DNA from: Candidatus Falkowbacteria bacterium | GTDB taxonomy: Bacteria; Patescibacteriota; Patescibacteriia; JACRDY01 | Assembly: GCA_016218485.1 (NCBI GenBank) | Contig: JACRDY010000059.1 | Span: 11,529-75,528, forward strand | Reading direction: 5' to 3' | Length of the DNA stretch: 64,000 bases | Shown here: positions 1 through 9,141 of the stretch, piece after piece | How positions within the stretch are numbered: the stretch's first letter is position 1 | Layout of the letters: every line of letters starts with the position of its first letter | Notes under the pieces: generated by a model | Told to the model about the DNA's origin: nothing | Database searches by the model: none | Seen by the model: only the letters and a program-made list of their open reading frames with translations | Position numbers and translations under genes: made by a program

Positions 1-894
1 AATGGCGAAATTATTTCCGCGGATAGCCGGCAGGTGTATCGGGGGATGGATGTGGGGACGGGCAAAGATTTATTAGCATATACGGTGACACTGCCTAAGA
101 AAAAATCCAAAATCCAAAGTTCCAAATCCCAAAAAATTCAGGTACATCTGATTGATGTAGTCAGCCCGCGGACGGATTTCACCGTGGCTGATTACCAAGC
201 GAAGGCGTACCGCGCTATTCGTCAGATTTTAGCCCGTGGTCATCTGCCGATTATTGTTGGCGGCAGCGGGCTGTACGTCAGCGCCGTGACCGAGGGGTAC
301 CAATTACATAAAATCAAAAGTTCAAAATCCAAAGTCAAAAAAGTCCGCCGGGGGTTAGACGGTGTATCGTTACCTCAGCTGCTGGCGCGCTTACAGCGTT
401 TTGATCCAGAGACGTTTGCTAAGATCAATCACCGCAATCGGCGGCACGTGCAGCGGGCGTTGGAGATTTATTATTTGACGGGCCGGCCGAAGTCAATTAT
501 TGAGGCTCAGCAGAAGCCGCAGTGGGATTTTTTGAAGATCGGTTTAAGTATTCCCAAAATAGAACTCCACCGTCGTATTGATGAACGGCTGACGCAACGG
601 CTCGAGCGCGAGGGGATGGCGGCAGAAGTGGCGCGGCTGCACCGGGAAGGCATCAGCTGGCGCCGGCTGGAGAGTTTTGGTTTAGAATACCAGTGGCTGG
701 CGCGGCTGCTGCAAAACAAGATTGATTACCCGACGATGCGCTCCGGTTTGTCGCGCGATATTAAACACTTCGTCAAGCGACAGCTGACCTGGTGGCGGCG
801 GGATAAGGAAATTATGTGGCTGGGTGATTACCGTTCGGTTGAAAAGAGGGTTAGGGAGTTTTTGACACAAAACATTAAAACATTAAAACACTAG
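1..894 (+). CDS. miaA: tRNA dimethylallyltransferase (5' truncated by window)
   Basis: Frame is open from base 1: NGEIISADSRQVYRGMDVGTGK, HLID, PIIVGGSGLY, and KRQLTW near the C-terminus. Confidence 0.95.
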   Translation, partial: NGEIISADSRQVYRGMDVGTGKDLLAYTVTLPKKKSKIQSSKSQKIQVHLIDVVSPRTDFTVADYQAKAYRAIRQILARGHLPIIVGGSGLYVSAVTEGYQLHKIKSSKSKVKKVRRGLDGVSLPQLLARLQRFDPETFAKINHRNRRHVQRALEIYYLTGRPKSIIEAQQKPQWDFLKIGLSIPKIELHRRIDERLTQRLEREGMAAEVARLHREGISWRRLESFGLEYQWLARLLQNKIDYPTMRSGLSRDIKHFVKRQLTWWRRDKEIMWLGDYRSVEKRVREFLTQNIKTLKH

Positions 895-946
895 AACATT
901 AAAACAACAGCGTGTTTTAATGTTCTAGTGTTTTAATGTTTTAATG
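873..946. repeat. Perfect 34-bp inverted repeat built from ATTAAAAC-like units, overlapping the miaA and gatB stop codons
   Basis: 873-906 is the exact reverse complement of 913-946, with a 6-nt loop. Confidence 0.95.
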
Positions 947-2439
947 AGTAGTTTTTGCACCATTTCCGGGTTGGCCTTGCCTTTGGTTTCTTTCATCACT
1001 TGGCCGACGAAGAACTGGAGGACGTTGGTTTTGCCGGACCGGTACTTGGCCACGTTATCGGGGTTTTCCGCGATGACGCGGGTAATGATTTTGGCTATCT
1101 CCGCCGAGTCGTCCAGTTGAGCCAAGTCTTCTTGGTTCATAATGTCGCTCGGATCGCTGCCGCGCTCAAACATCATGCGGAGGATTTTTTGGGCGGCGGT
1201 GGAGTTGACCTTATTTTGGTAGACCAGGGTAATAAACTCGGCGAAGTTTTCCGGAGTGATTTTCAGCTCAGCCATACTGGCGTTGGCTTCGTTGATGAGC
1301 TTGAATAGCTCGCTCGTCAGCCAGCCGCCGAGGAGTTTAATCAGTTTTTTCTTATTTTTATCCCAAATTTCTTCCGGATTGCCCTCGACGGTTTCGAGTG
1401 AGACCAGCCAGGCCTGGAGCTCGGAGATGGTGTTTTCGGTGAAGCTGGCGAGCGGAGCGTCCGCGGTCAGGAGCCGGGCGTCTTCGGCAGTGAATCCGTA
1501 CTCGGTTTCAAAGCGAGCGCGTTTGGCGATCGGCAGCTCCGGCAGCTGGGCCTGGAGTTTTTCGTAGTGAGTCTGGTCGCATGTCAGGGGCGGGAGATCC
1601 GGCTCCGGGAAGTAGCGGTAGTCGTGACTGGATTCTTTGGTGCGCTGACTGACGGTCGCCTGTTTTTTCTCGTCCCAGCCGCGGGTTTCCTGAGTTACTT
1701 TTTCCCCTGTGTCCAGGAGCTGGCCCTGCCGTTCGATTTCATAGTCAATGGATCGTTCCACCACGCGGAAGGAGTTGAGGTTTTTGATTTCCACTTTGGT
1801 GCCAAACTCTTTTTGCTGGTCCGGCCGCAGGGAAATATTGACCTCGCAGCGCATCTGGCCTTTTTCCATATCAGCGTCCGCGATACCGAGTGTGCGCACG
1901 ATCAGCTGGAGCTCTTGGCAGAAGGTTTTGGCTTCCCAGCCGTTTGTCATGTCAGCCTCGCTGACCAGCTCAAGGAGCGGCGCGCCGGAGCGGTTGAGGT
2001 CTACGAGCGTGACGCCCTGGCCGCGTCCCGCTGCCGCGGGCAGGCCCTGGCTGTCATGTTTGAGGCTGCCAGTGTCTTCTTCCAGGTGAATATGATTAAT
2101 GCGGATTTTCCGTCCACCGACTGCAATATCGCCGCCGACGATCGGCGGGTGGTTGGCGGAAGTGATCTGGTAGCCTTTGGGTAAGTCAGGATAAAAATAG
2201 TTTTTGCGCTCAAACCTGAATTCCGGCTGGATCGCTCCGTTGACAGCCAGGCCCAGGAGCGCGGTCCACTCCACGGCTTGCCGGTTGATCACCGGCAGAG
2301 CGCCGGGCTGGGCGGTACAGATCGGGCAGATGTTGGTGTTTGGTGGCGCGAGCTCGGTGTTGGCGCAACCACAAAACATCTTGGACTTGGTGTTCAGGTG
2401 CAGGTGGATTTCCATGCCGATGGTTGGGAGGTATTTCAT
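925..2439 (-). CDS. gatB: Asp/Glu-tRNA amidotransferase subunit B
   Basis: IGMEIH, KNYFYPDLPKGYQI, HLEED, DYRYFPEPDLPP, FFVGQVMK motifs. Confidence 0.98.
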   Translation of the reverse strand: MKYLPTIGMEIHLHLNTKSKMFCGCANTELAPPNTNICPICTAQPGALPVINRQAVEWTALLGLAVNGAIQPEFRFERKNYFYPDLPKGYQITSANHPPIVGGDIAVGGRKIRINHIHLEEDTGSLKHDSQGLPAAAGRGQGVTLVDLNRSGAPLLELVSEADMTNGWEAKTFCQELQLIVRTLGIADADMEKGQMRCEVNISLRPDQQKEFGTKVEIKNLNSFRVVERSIDYEIERQGQLLDTGEKVTQETRGWDEKKQATVSQRTKESSHDYRYFPEPDLPPLTCDQTHYEKLQAQLPELPIAKRARFETEYGFTAEDARLLTADAPLASFTENTISELQAWLVSLETVEGNPEEIWDKNKKKLIKLLGGWLTSELFKLINEANASMAELKITPENFAEFITLVYQNKVNSTAAQKILRMMFERGSDPSDIMNQEDLAQLDDSAEIAKIITRVIAENPDNVAKYRSGKTNVLQFFVGQVMKETKGKANPEMVQKLLIKTLKH

Positions 2440-2562
2440 AGTAACTACGAATAATTCCTACGAATGACAAATAAGTAAACAGAAATTGGAAATTAGATAT
2501 TGGAAATTAAAGACACGGCTTATCCGGGGCTAATCAGTAGGAACGGAGAATACCCCGCCGTA

Positions 2563-2830
2563 ACTCCCCCTGCCAAGGGGGAGACGCCTCCGTTGCTGAG
2601 GTCTCTGCCCCGCCCCGCATTGTGCGGGGGGCGGAGCCGAAGCTTACGGAGGCGAGAGGGGGTGGGAGCGAAAACCCCACCCTGTCCCTCCCCTTACTTC
2701 GGTCGCCTGCGGCGAACCTTGTAAGGGGAGGAGACTGTCGAGCAACTTTTGGGTAGAGACAAAAGACTCCGGCAACCCCTCCTGTCCTCCCCCAACGCAT
2801 GAGGGAGAGACCGTCGAGCACGCTTGGTTG
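2563..2830. repeat. Cluster of GC-rich REP-like palindromes (CCCTCCCCTT...AAGGGGAGG family)
   Basis: 2563-2668 is an inverted near-copy of 4991-5085; 2674-2830 has relatives at 12810-13160, 19850-20040, 32378-32520 and 39650-39815. Confidence 0.85.
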
Positions 2831-2990
2831 ATACATTCGTAGTCATAGTATTTTATCAGGAAAAGAGGAAAAAGAGAAGTGAAAATGTTGACAAATTTTT
2901 AAAAAGCAGTATGTTATATTGATGTCCTCTGGTAGGTCATTATGTAACAACACACGCCCAGAAGCGTGTAGAAAGGTACAGGGCTAGACC

Positions 2991-3614
2991 ATGAAGCTGC
3001 GTTATGTCACGTTGTTAGTGATCGTGATTGTGGTGGCGGTGTTTTGGACGTTCTACCGTCTGGGGTATACTCCCAGCGAGGTGCTTGCCGAAGCCTTCTA
3101 CGGTTCGCCCGGGCAGGTCGCCGAGGCAGAGGCGAGCGAAACACTGACTGGCACGAATAAGGGTGCCGTCACCGCGCAGTTGGCGGAACCGGATCCGGCT
3201 CGTGGGGTTCCGGAGTACCAGAAGCAGGGCTTCACTTCGGCGTTCAGGTGCGTTGACACGGATGGGGAGAATTTCCTCGTCGTGGAGAATGCCTTGGACT
3301 TCCCGGGTATTTTTACCGGACAGTTCGCGAAGGTTACCGCGGCCTTTGTGCTCCATGATTTCAACGATCGGAAGGTCGTGTTGGTCATTGATCCGGACTC
3401 TTTCCGGAACAACTTGGGGAGTTGGCTGAAGGACGCGGAAGCGGCGGAGGGCCGTGAAGGACCGACGGTCAAAGTGTACCGTCAAGCCTACGACGAACTG
3501 ATGAACGGGCTTGACGGTTTGCGTTTCGGCGAGACCTACTACCTGGAGGAAAAAGGGTTTACGCCCGAGAACGCTGACGGGTTCGCGATCGCCAGGTTCA
3601 CCACCATACCCTAG
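2991..3614 (+). CDS. Hypothetical membrane-anchored protein
   Basis: 207-aa ORF with an N-terminal hydrophobic helix, an upstream TTGACA promoter-like motif, and a downstream hairpin terminator at 3636-3664. Confidence 0.75.
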   Translation: MKLRYVTLLVIVIVVAVFWTFYRLGYTPSEVLAEAFYGSPGQVAEAEASETLTGTNKGAVTAQLAEPDPARGVPEYQKQGFTSAFRCVDTDGENFLVVENALDFPGIFTGQFAKVTAAFVLHDFNDRKVVLVIDPDSFRNNLGSWLKDAEAAEGREGPTVKVYRQAYDELMNGLDGLRFGETYYLEEKGFTPENADGFAIARFTTIP

Positions 3615-3679
3615 CGGGCATGAGCAACATTCAAGACGCCCCGATGTCAGCATCGGGGCGTTTTCACTTTTTTCAGCAA

Positions 3680-4270
3680 CTATTTTTTTAACAACGGTTC
3701 CACGATTTTCCAGATATCGTCAGCCACTCGCTCTGGCGGTTGGTTGGCATGAATAATGTGCCAGCCGTGTTTTTTTGCCAAATCAAGATGGATCTGCCTG
3801 ACTTTTTGGATCAGTGCCTCATTGGTTTCGTGGGCATGGCTCTGTTCAATGGCTTCGGTAAATCGCTGGCCATCCAGGAGAATGGCAATATCCTCGGGTC
3901 GGATGAATGAATAAAAATGTTCCAGCAGGTCCAGATCTATTCCCGCGCCGGCGCCCCAGGCTAGCGCCGTACCGAAATAGTCCTCGGCTACGACATCATG
4001 TCCGGCTTGGAGCAAGCCACCGAGCTGTGGCTCAAATGATATACGGTCAATGTAGTGGAGGAGTTGCAGTTCTCGGGGAGAAAAATTCTGGGGGTTGCCT
4101 TGACGAAGGTACGAGTTAATCAGCGGGCCGGCCGGAGCCAATTCATAGATCGGGTATTTGACATATTCCGCGGTACGGCCAAGCGAGGTTAATTTTTCAG
4201 TCAGCAATTTTGCCTGCGTGCTTTTGCCGAGGTTATTAATACCATAAATGACGATAAATTTTCCGGGCAT
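3680..4270 (-). CDS. tmk: Thymidylate kinase
   Basis: FIVIYGINNLGKSTQ P-loop variant and KYP motif; sits in the dTTP gene cluster. Confidence 0.85.
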   Translation of the reverse strand: MPGKFIVIYGINNLGKSTQAKLLTEKLTSLGRTAEYVKYPIYELAPAGPLINSYLRQGNPQNFSPRELQLLHYIDRISFEPQLGGLLQAGHDVVAEDYFGTALAWGAGAGIDLDLLEHFYSFIRPEDIAILLDGQRFTEAIEQSHAHETNEALIQKVRQIHLDLAKKHGWHIIHANQPPERVADDIWKIVEPLLKK

Positions 4271-4343
4271 AGGTGGTTAGTGAGTAGTGAGGAGGGGGTA
4301 GGAGCCCCGCCTTCACGTTGGGACTTCGGCGCGGCCAGGGAAG

Positions 4344-4862
4344 TTAAGGTTTGAGAACCTGGTATCTCAATTGAATAGCATCCTCGGTCAGTTTTTGGAT
4401 ATCCAGCAGTCGCAGGGTCATATCAAGGTTTTGCCCTTCAGTGAATCTAATGCCTTGGCCGAAAATTTTTGGCTCAATCGTCAGGAGCAGTTCATCCACC
4501 AAGCCGGCGGCCAAGAATTGCGCGTTGGTTTTAGCGCCGCCGCCGAGAATCGCTGCAGGGAACCCTTTGGCTTCCAGGGCGTGAATGGTTTGCTCCGGGC
4601 TGCCTTTAAAAAATTCCAACACTCCCGGCTGCGTCTGACTAGCGAATTTTTCCGGTTCAGAGGTTAAAATAAAATTAAGCCGTCCGGGCAGTGGACGGTT
4701 AATCGTGGCATACGTTGAGCGGCCAAAAATAACCACGCCGGCTTTCTTGGTCTCGTCGGTGAATGACTGCTTGTCGGCGCTGCTGGTCCAGTCCGTCAGG
4801 TGCTCGCTGTCCAGGGCGATAATGCCGTCGGCGCTCATGGCCATCATTAGGGTAAGTTTCAT
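4344..4862 (-). CDS. Dihydrofolate reductase (DHFR/RibD-C fold)
   Basis: MAMSADGIIA, VIFGRSTY, RPLPGRLN, GGAKTN motifs; adjacent to thyA. Confidence 0.85.
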   Translation of the reverse strand: MKLTLMMAMSADGIIALDSEHLTDWTSSADKQSFTDETKKAGVVIFGRSTYATINRPLPGRLNFILTSEPEKFASQTQPGVLEFFKGSPEQTIHALEAKGFPAAILGGGAKTNAQFLAAGLVDELLLTIEPKIFGQGIRFTEGQNLDMTLRLLDIQKLTEDAIQLRYQVLKP

Positions 4863-4990
4863 AATTTTATTTCACCTATCACGTTTATTCTTTGTAATAC
4901 CCCGTCAGCTTGCTGCGGGGTTACCATATAATCCCGAGTCCAGAGCTTGCTCTGGGGTTCAATACCTTTTATTGAGTATTAATCGTTTTA

Positions 4991-5085
4991 CTCCCACCCC
5001 CACCGCCTCCGTAAGCTTCGGCTCCGCCCCGCTGTAGCGGGGCGGGCCTCAGCAACGGAGGCGACTCCCCCTCGGGCAGGGGGAG
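4991..5085. repeat. Nested palindromic REP-like element
   Basis: Reverse-complement copy of 2563-2668 with a different innermost hairpin. Confidence 0.85.
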
Positions 5086-5087
5086 AT

Positions 5088-5960
5088 TTAAATCGCGATG
5101 GGGAATTTAATGGTGGGGTAGCTGGCATAGCCGACTAGTTCGGTATCGGTGTACTGCCAGTCAAAAATATTGGTGAAGTTTTTCGTTTCAATCTTCGGCA
5201 GCGGGTAGGTGCTGGGATCGCGCGACAGCTGTTCATGAGCGCCTTCAACATGATTTACAAAAAGGTGAATGTCAGCTAAAAAGCCGATCAGCCGGCCTTC
5301 GGCAAAGCCACTCTCTTTAGCCAAGAGGTGCAGGAGGAGGGCGTAGCTGGCGATGTTAAACGGCAGACCGAGCATGATATCAACTGAGCGCTGATTCCAG
5401 AGCAGGTTGAGCCGGCCGTTGACGACGGTAACCTGGTACGCCCAGTGACAGGGTGGCAGCGCCATCTGATCCATCATCAGCGGATTCCAGGCGCAGACGA
5501 TCATCCGGCGATCATTGGGATTGGTTTTTAACATCTCCACCATATTTTTCAGCTGATCGCAGCCTTGGTCGGTATAGTTAGTGTCATAGTTATGGTACGG
5601 CGCGTTAAAGTGTCGCCACTGAAAGCCATAGATCGCTCCGAGGTCGCGCTCTTCCGTCATTCTTTTTTTTGATGGTTCGTCATGCCCGTAGGGCGCTTTT
5701 TTGGGGTTAGCCCACTCATCCCAGATGTGGTTATTGTGGTCCAGTAGCCATTGCTTGTCAGTAATACCCTTGATGAAAAATTCCAATTCTGAAGCGATGA
5801 GACGGAGTGGCACCTTCTTGGTTGTCAGCAGGGGATAGCCATTGGCCATGTCGTGCTCAAACATCCCACCGGCAATGGTGTAGGCGTCAGTACCCTGGCG
5901 GGTTTGTTTGATCTGACCCTCGTCGAGCGTTTTTTTAACCAAATCTAAGTATTGTTTCAT
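5088..5960 (-). CDS. thyA: Thymidylate synthase
   Basis: PLLTTKK, IYGFQWR, MALPPCH, QRSVDIMLGLPFNIASY. Confidence 0.98.
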   Translation of the reverse strand: MKQYLDLVKKTLDEGQIKQTRQGTDAYTIAGGMFEHDMANGYPLLTTKKVPLRLIASELEFFIKGITDKQWLLDHNNHIWDEWANPKKAPYGHDEPSKKRMTEERDLGAIYGFQWRHFNAPYHNYDTNYTDQGCDQLKNMVEMLKTNPNDRRMIVCAWNPLMMDQMALPPCHWAYQVTVVNGRLNLLWNQRSVDIMLGLPFNIASYALLLHLLAKESGFAEGRLIGFLADIHLFVNHVEGAHEQLSRDPSTYPLPKIETKNFTNIFDWQYTDTELVGYASYPTIKFPIAI

Positions 5961-5970
5961 AACAACGCAA

Positions 5971-6396
5971 TTATTTCCTGCCCGTGGAGCCGAATTGGCC
6001 AGTGCCGCGCCGCGCTTCGCTCAATTCAGCCGTCTCCGTTAGCTCGGCCAGCGCCACCGGGAAAATGACGAGCTGGGCGATCTTGTCGCCGGTTTCAATA
6101 GTGTAGGCTTCGCTGCCCAGATTGATCAGCTGCACATTATACTCGCCGCGGTAGCCGGCATCATAGACCCCGCCCATGGTGTGCAGGCCCGCGTTTTTGG
6201 GCAGGCTGCTCTTGTCTTTGACCATCGCGGCATAGCCACTGTTAAACTCTAGGGCAAAACCCAGATTAAAAATCCGACGTTCACCGACTCGCAGCGTATA
6301 CTGTTCTCGTGAGTACAGATCTAGACCGACATCGCCCGGGTGGGCGTAGGAGGGGAGTTTTACATCGGGGATGAGTTTTTTGATCAAGACCTTCAT
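5971..6396 (-). CDS. dut: dUTP diphosphatase
   Basis: GDVGLDL, GVYDAGYRGE, RGTGQFGSTG; start placed at the ATG of MKVLIKK because the longer ORF starts inside a repeat. Confidence 0.95.
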   Translation of the reverse strand: MKVLIKKLIPDVKLPSYAHPGDVGLDLYSREQYTLRVGERRIFNLGFALEFNSGYAAMVKDKSSLPKNAGLHTMGGVYDAGYRGEYNVQLINLGSEAYTIETGDKIAQLVIFPVALAELTETAELSEARRGTGQFGSTGRK

Positions 6397-6402
6397 GGAA
6401 AT

Positions 6403-6560
6403 AAGTTCAAAGTTCAAAAGTTATAAAGTTGAAAGTTCAAAGTCCAAAATCCCAAGTTCAAAGTTCAAATCAAGTTCAAAGTTTTAAGTTCAAATGCCAA
6501 ATCAGCGCATTGTTTGAACTTTGTCATTAGGTATTGATTTGAACTTTGGATTTTGAACTT
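6403..6560. repeat. Inverted heptamer-array element (AAGTTCA family)
   Basis: AAGTTCA-like units on the left and TGAACTT units on the right; homologous to 14323-14448 and 45397-45519. Confidence 0.9.
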
Positions 6561-7126
6561 TAGTTATTTTTTGCTTTAATAGTTTTCAGAATGTCCTCAA
6601 TCTGCTGGTGCAGCTGTTCAATCGTGCCGTTGTTGTTAATCGTGAAGTTGGCAGTCTGGCCGGTTTCCAGGATGTGGATTTCCGCTTCGGCTCGTTCATC
6701 CTGCTGGAATTGTTCAAAGGTTTTACTGGTATCATCAACGTTTTCTCCGCGTTTGATGATTCGTTCGTAGCGAATTGGTTGATCAGCGGTTAGGTAAATG
6801 AGGGAGAAGCCGGCGAACCGTCGCAGGTATTTGATGTCCGGTTCACGGCGGACGCCGTCAACGGCGATCAGTTCGGCCGAATCTTTATTGACGTCTTCGG
6901 CAATCACCCGCGCCAGCGTGTCTTGGCCAAAATTTTTACGCAATGTTTGCGACATGTGCTGCATATTATCGCGGACGATCGGCAGGTACAAGCGGCCGAG
7001 GATATCGCGCAGTATGCCGGAAAACCGGTATGACGGCGCGCCGTATTTCTCCTTGAGATACTGGCAGGCGGTGCCTTTGCCACTGGAGATTTCGCCGACA
7101 AAGCCGAGGATGATTTTATTGGCCAT
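6560..7126 (-). CDS. P-loop nucleotide kinase (dephospho-CoA kinase / dNMP kinase-like)
   Basis: GFVGEISSGKGT, VDGVR, and INNNGT at the C-terminus. Confidence 0.75.
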   Translation of the reverse strand: MANKIILGFVGEISSGKGTACQYLKEKYGAPSYRFSGILRDILGRLYLPIVRDNMQHMSQTLRKNFGQDTLARVIAEDVNKDSAELIAVDGVRREPDIKYLRRFAGFSLIYLTADQPIRYERIIKRGENVDDTSKTFEQFQQDERAEAEIHILETGQTANFTINNNGTIEQLHQQIEDILKTIKAKNN

Positions 7127-7381
7127 AGTAGCAAGTTAGAAAGTTATAAAGTTGAAAGTTTAGTTTTTTTAACTTTTCTGCTGGGGGGGTTCCGTTCATA
7201 GCCCTTTGGGCTTGAGTGGATTAGCTCATGAAGACGAGCTGACGATTCCCCTCAACTCCACGCTATATTTTCATCACTACGCACTATTGATAATATTTAA
7301 TCATGTGCTATAGTTTAAATAGAAATGTCAATTTTATACCCCAACAAATCCATCTCTTTTCTAGGCGGGTTTGTTTTTTAG

Positions 7382-7936
7382 TTACTGATTAGCGTAGTGT
7401 TCCATTTCATCATTCAAGAGGACATATTCAACACCCGCCAATTTGAGAATTTCTTTGGAGCGGCCGGCGGCGTGGTAGTCTTTTTCCACCACCACCCGTT
7501 TGATCCCGCAGTTGATGAGCATTTTGGCGCAGGTGTAGCAGGGGAACATTAGGCAGTAGATGGTGGCGCCATCCAGCGCCACGCCGAGTTTAGCCGCCTG
7601 GGTCATGGCATTCTGTTCGGCGTGCGAGGTGCGGATGCAGTGTTGGCTGGTGCTGCCATCGGGGTTGTTGACGGTGTGCATCTCATGACCGACTTCGTCG
7701 CAGTGTAGGCAGCCTTTGGGCGAGCCGACATAGCCGGTGACCAGAATATGTCGGTCGCGCGAGACGCAGCAGCCGGTACGGCCGCGGTCACAGGTACCGC
7801 GGGTGGCGGCGGCGCGGGCAATATTCAGGAAATATTGATCCCAGGTGGGGCGGACGTGGGCCGGAGCCGGTTCATTGGTTTGATTAGTTTGGTTTTGATT
7901 TTGTTCCTCCCAGGAGAGCTGGTTTGACTGGTCCAT
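7382..7936 (-). CDS. dCMP deaminase (ComEB-like)
   Basis: RPTWDQYF, HAEQNA, PCYTC zinc-deaminase motifs. Confidence 0.92.
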   Translation of the reverse strand: MDQSNQLSWEEQNQNQTNQTNEPAPAHVRPTWDQYFLNIARAAATRGTCDRGRTGCCVSRDRHILVTGYVGSPKGCLHCDEVGHEMHTVNNPDGSTSQHCIRTSHAEQNAMTQAAKLGVALDGATIYCLMFPCYTCAKMLINCGIKRVVVEKDYHAAGRSKEILKLAGVEYVLLNDEMEHYANQ

Positions 7937-8071
7937 ATGGCCGTGGTTAAGGAGTTAACAATTTCCTGTATTTTACCAGAGGGAGGAGTGGCAAGGCAAG
8001 AGGTCGGTTAATAACGCCCAAACTGACCTATAATCATTAGGGATAAGCCACATTCAGCAGAATAAAAAGGC

Positions 8072-8216
8072 AGATATTAGAAATTGGAAATTAGATATTG
8101 GGAATTGTCTAAAAGCAACGTTTTCGTTAACCAGGGTTTTAAAACCCTGGTTAACGGATGAGCAGAGTCTTTAATCAGGGTTTTCAAACCCTGGTTAACT
8201 TTCATTTTCCATTTCT
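8072..8216. repeat. MITE-like element with GAAATT(A/G) heptamer ends and an inner TTAACCAGGGTTTTAAAACCCTGGTTAA palindrome
   Basis: Inverted homologue at 62415-62536; the left end recurs at 2481-2513. Confidence 0.75.
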
Positions 8217-8346
8217 GTCTTATTTCGTACATTCGCTTGCCTTCGCCGTAGCGGAGCCCCGCATTTTGCGGGGCTTCGCGCAGGCAAGGAACTCTAGGTC
8301 TCCATTGCCATGTATGATATTTTATATTAAACTCTAGGTAATTACT

Positions 8347-9141
8347 ATGGGTACGGCTAATATAAAAAATATTAAAGTAGCAGCGAAAGCCGGCGGGGAG
8401 GTACTCCGGCAGTATTTCGGTCAGGCTTTAAAAACTACCATTAAAACCGGTCCGGCGGATTTTGTGACCCAGGCGGATCTAGAGTCCGAGGCGGAAATTA
8501 TCAGAATTCTGGAAGCGGCGTTCCCGGACTACAATATTGACTCAGAAGAGCGCGGGCTGATTGATAAGGGTTCGGATTGGACATTTGTCATTGACCCGTT
8601 GGATGGTTCCAATAATTTTGTTTGTGGGATACCAAATTTTGCTGTTAGCATTGCTTTGTTAAAACAAAATACGTTGGAGGTTGGGGTTATTCAAGTGCCA
8701 TTATCCGGTCAGATTTATTGGGCGGCTCGGAATCAGGGTGCTTATGTCGGTGATTTGCCTAATCAGCCGCTCAGGGTGAGTGCGGCTCGGGAAATAAACT
8801 GTTCAACGATTGCCGTGGGTATGGGGTATGATGCTGTTCCTATGCGACAGACTATTTATAATCGGCTGGCCGCGATCCGTTTCCAGCGGGTATTGTCGGG
8901 CTGGTGTTCCACGCTGGAGCACGCGGTTTTGGCGGCGGGCAAGATTGAATTGGCGCTGCAGTACAAGGGCGAGCAGTATGATTTTTTGGCCGGGAAAATT
9001 ATTATGCGGGAAGCCGGTGCGATCATTACCGATTTGGCTGGCCAGCCGGAGAGCAGTGACTTGAACGGCAGTTTCATCGCCGGGAACAGCCGGGAGATGG
9101 TAGAGAAGTTTTTGGCGGGGATGGATTGGCAGGAATTATAG
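8347..9141 (+). CDS. Inositol monophosphatase family protein (SuhB-like)
   Basis: DFVTQAD, SEE, IDPLDGSNNF, YDFLAG motifs. Confidence 0.92.
   Translation: MGTANIKNIKVAAKAGGEVLRQYFGQALKTTIKTGPADFVTQADLESEAEIIRILEAAFPDYNIDSEERGLIDKGSDWTFVIDPLDGSNNFVCGIPNFAVSIALLKQNTLEVGVIQVPLSGQIYWAARNQGAYVGDLPNQPLRVSAAREINCSTIAVGMGYDAVPMRQTIYNRLAAIRFQRVLSGWCSTLEHAVLAAGKIELALQYKGEQYDFLAGKIIMREAGAIITDLAGQPESSDLNGSFIAGNSREMVEKFLAGMDWQEL

Noticed and set aside
2500-2836. Short ORFs over GC-rich palindrome clusters (also 12761-12952, 19827-20490, 32242-32433, 39636-39863)
   Set aside because: They are translations of repeat elements, and the same peptides (such as PPCPSPYFG and EVRGGTGWG) recur at each copy.
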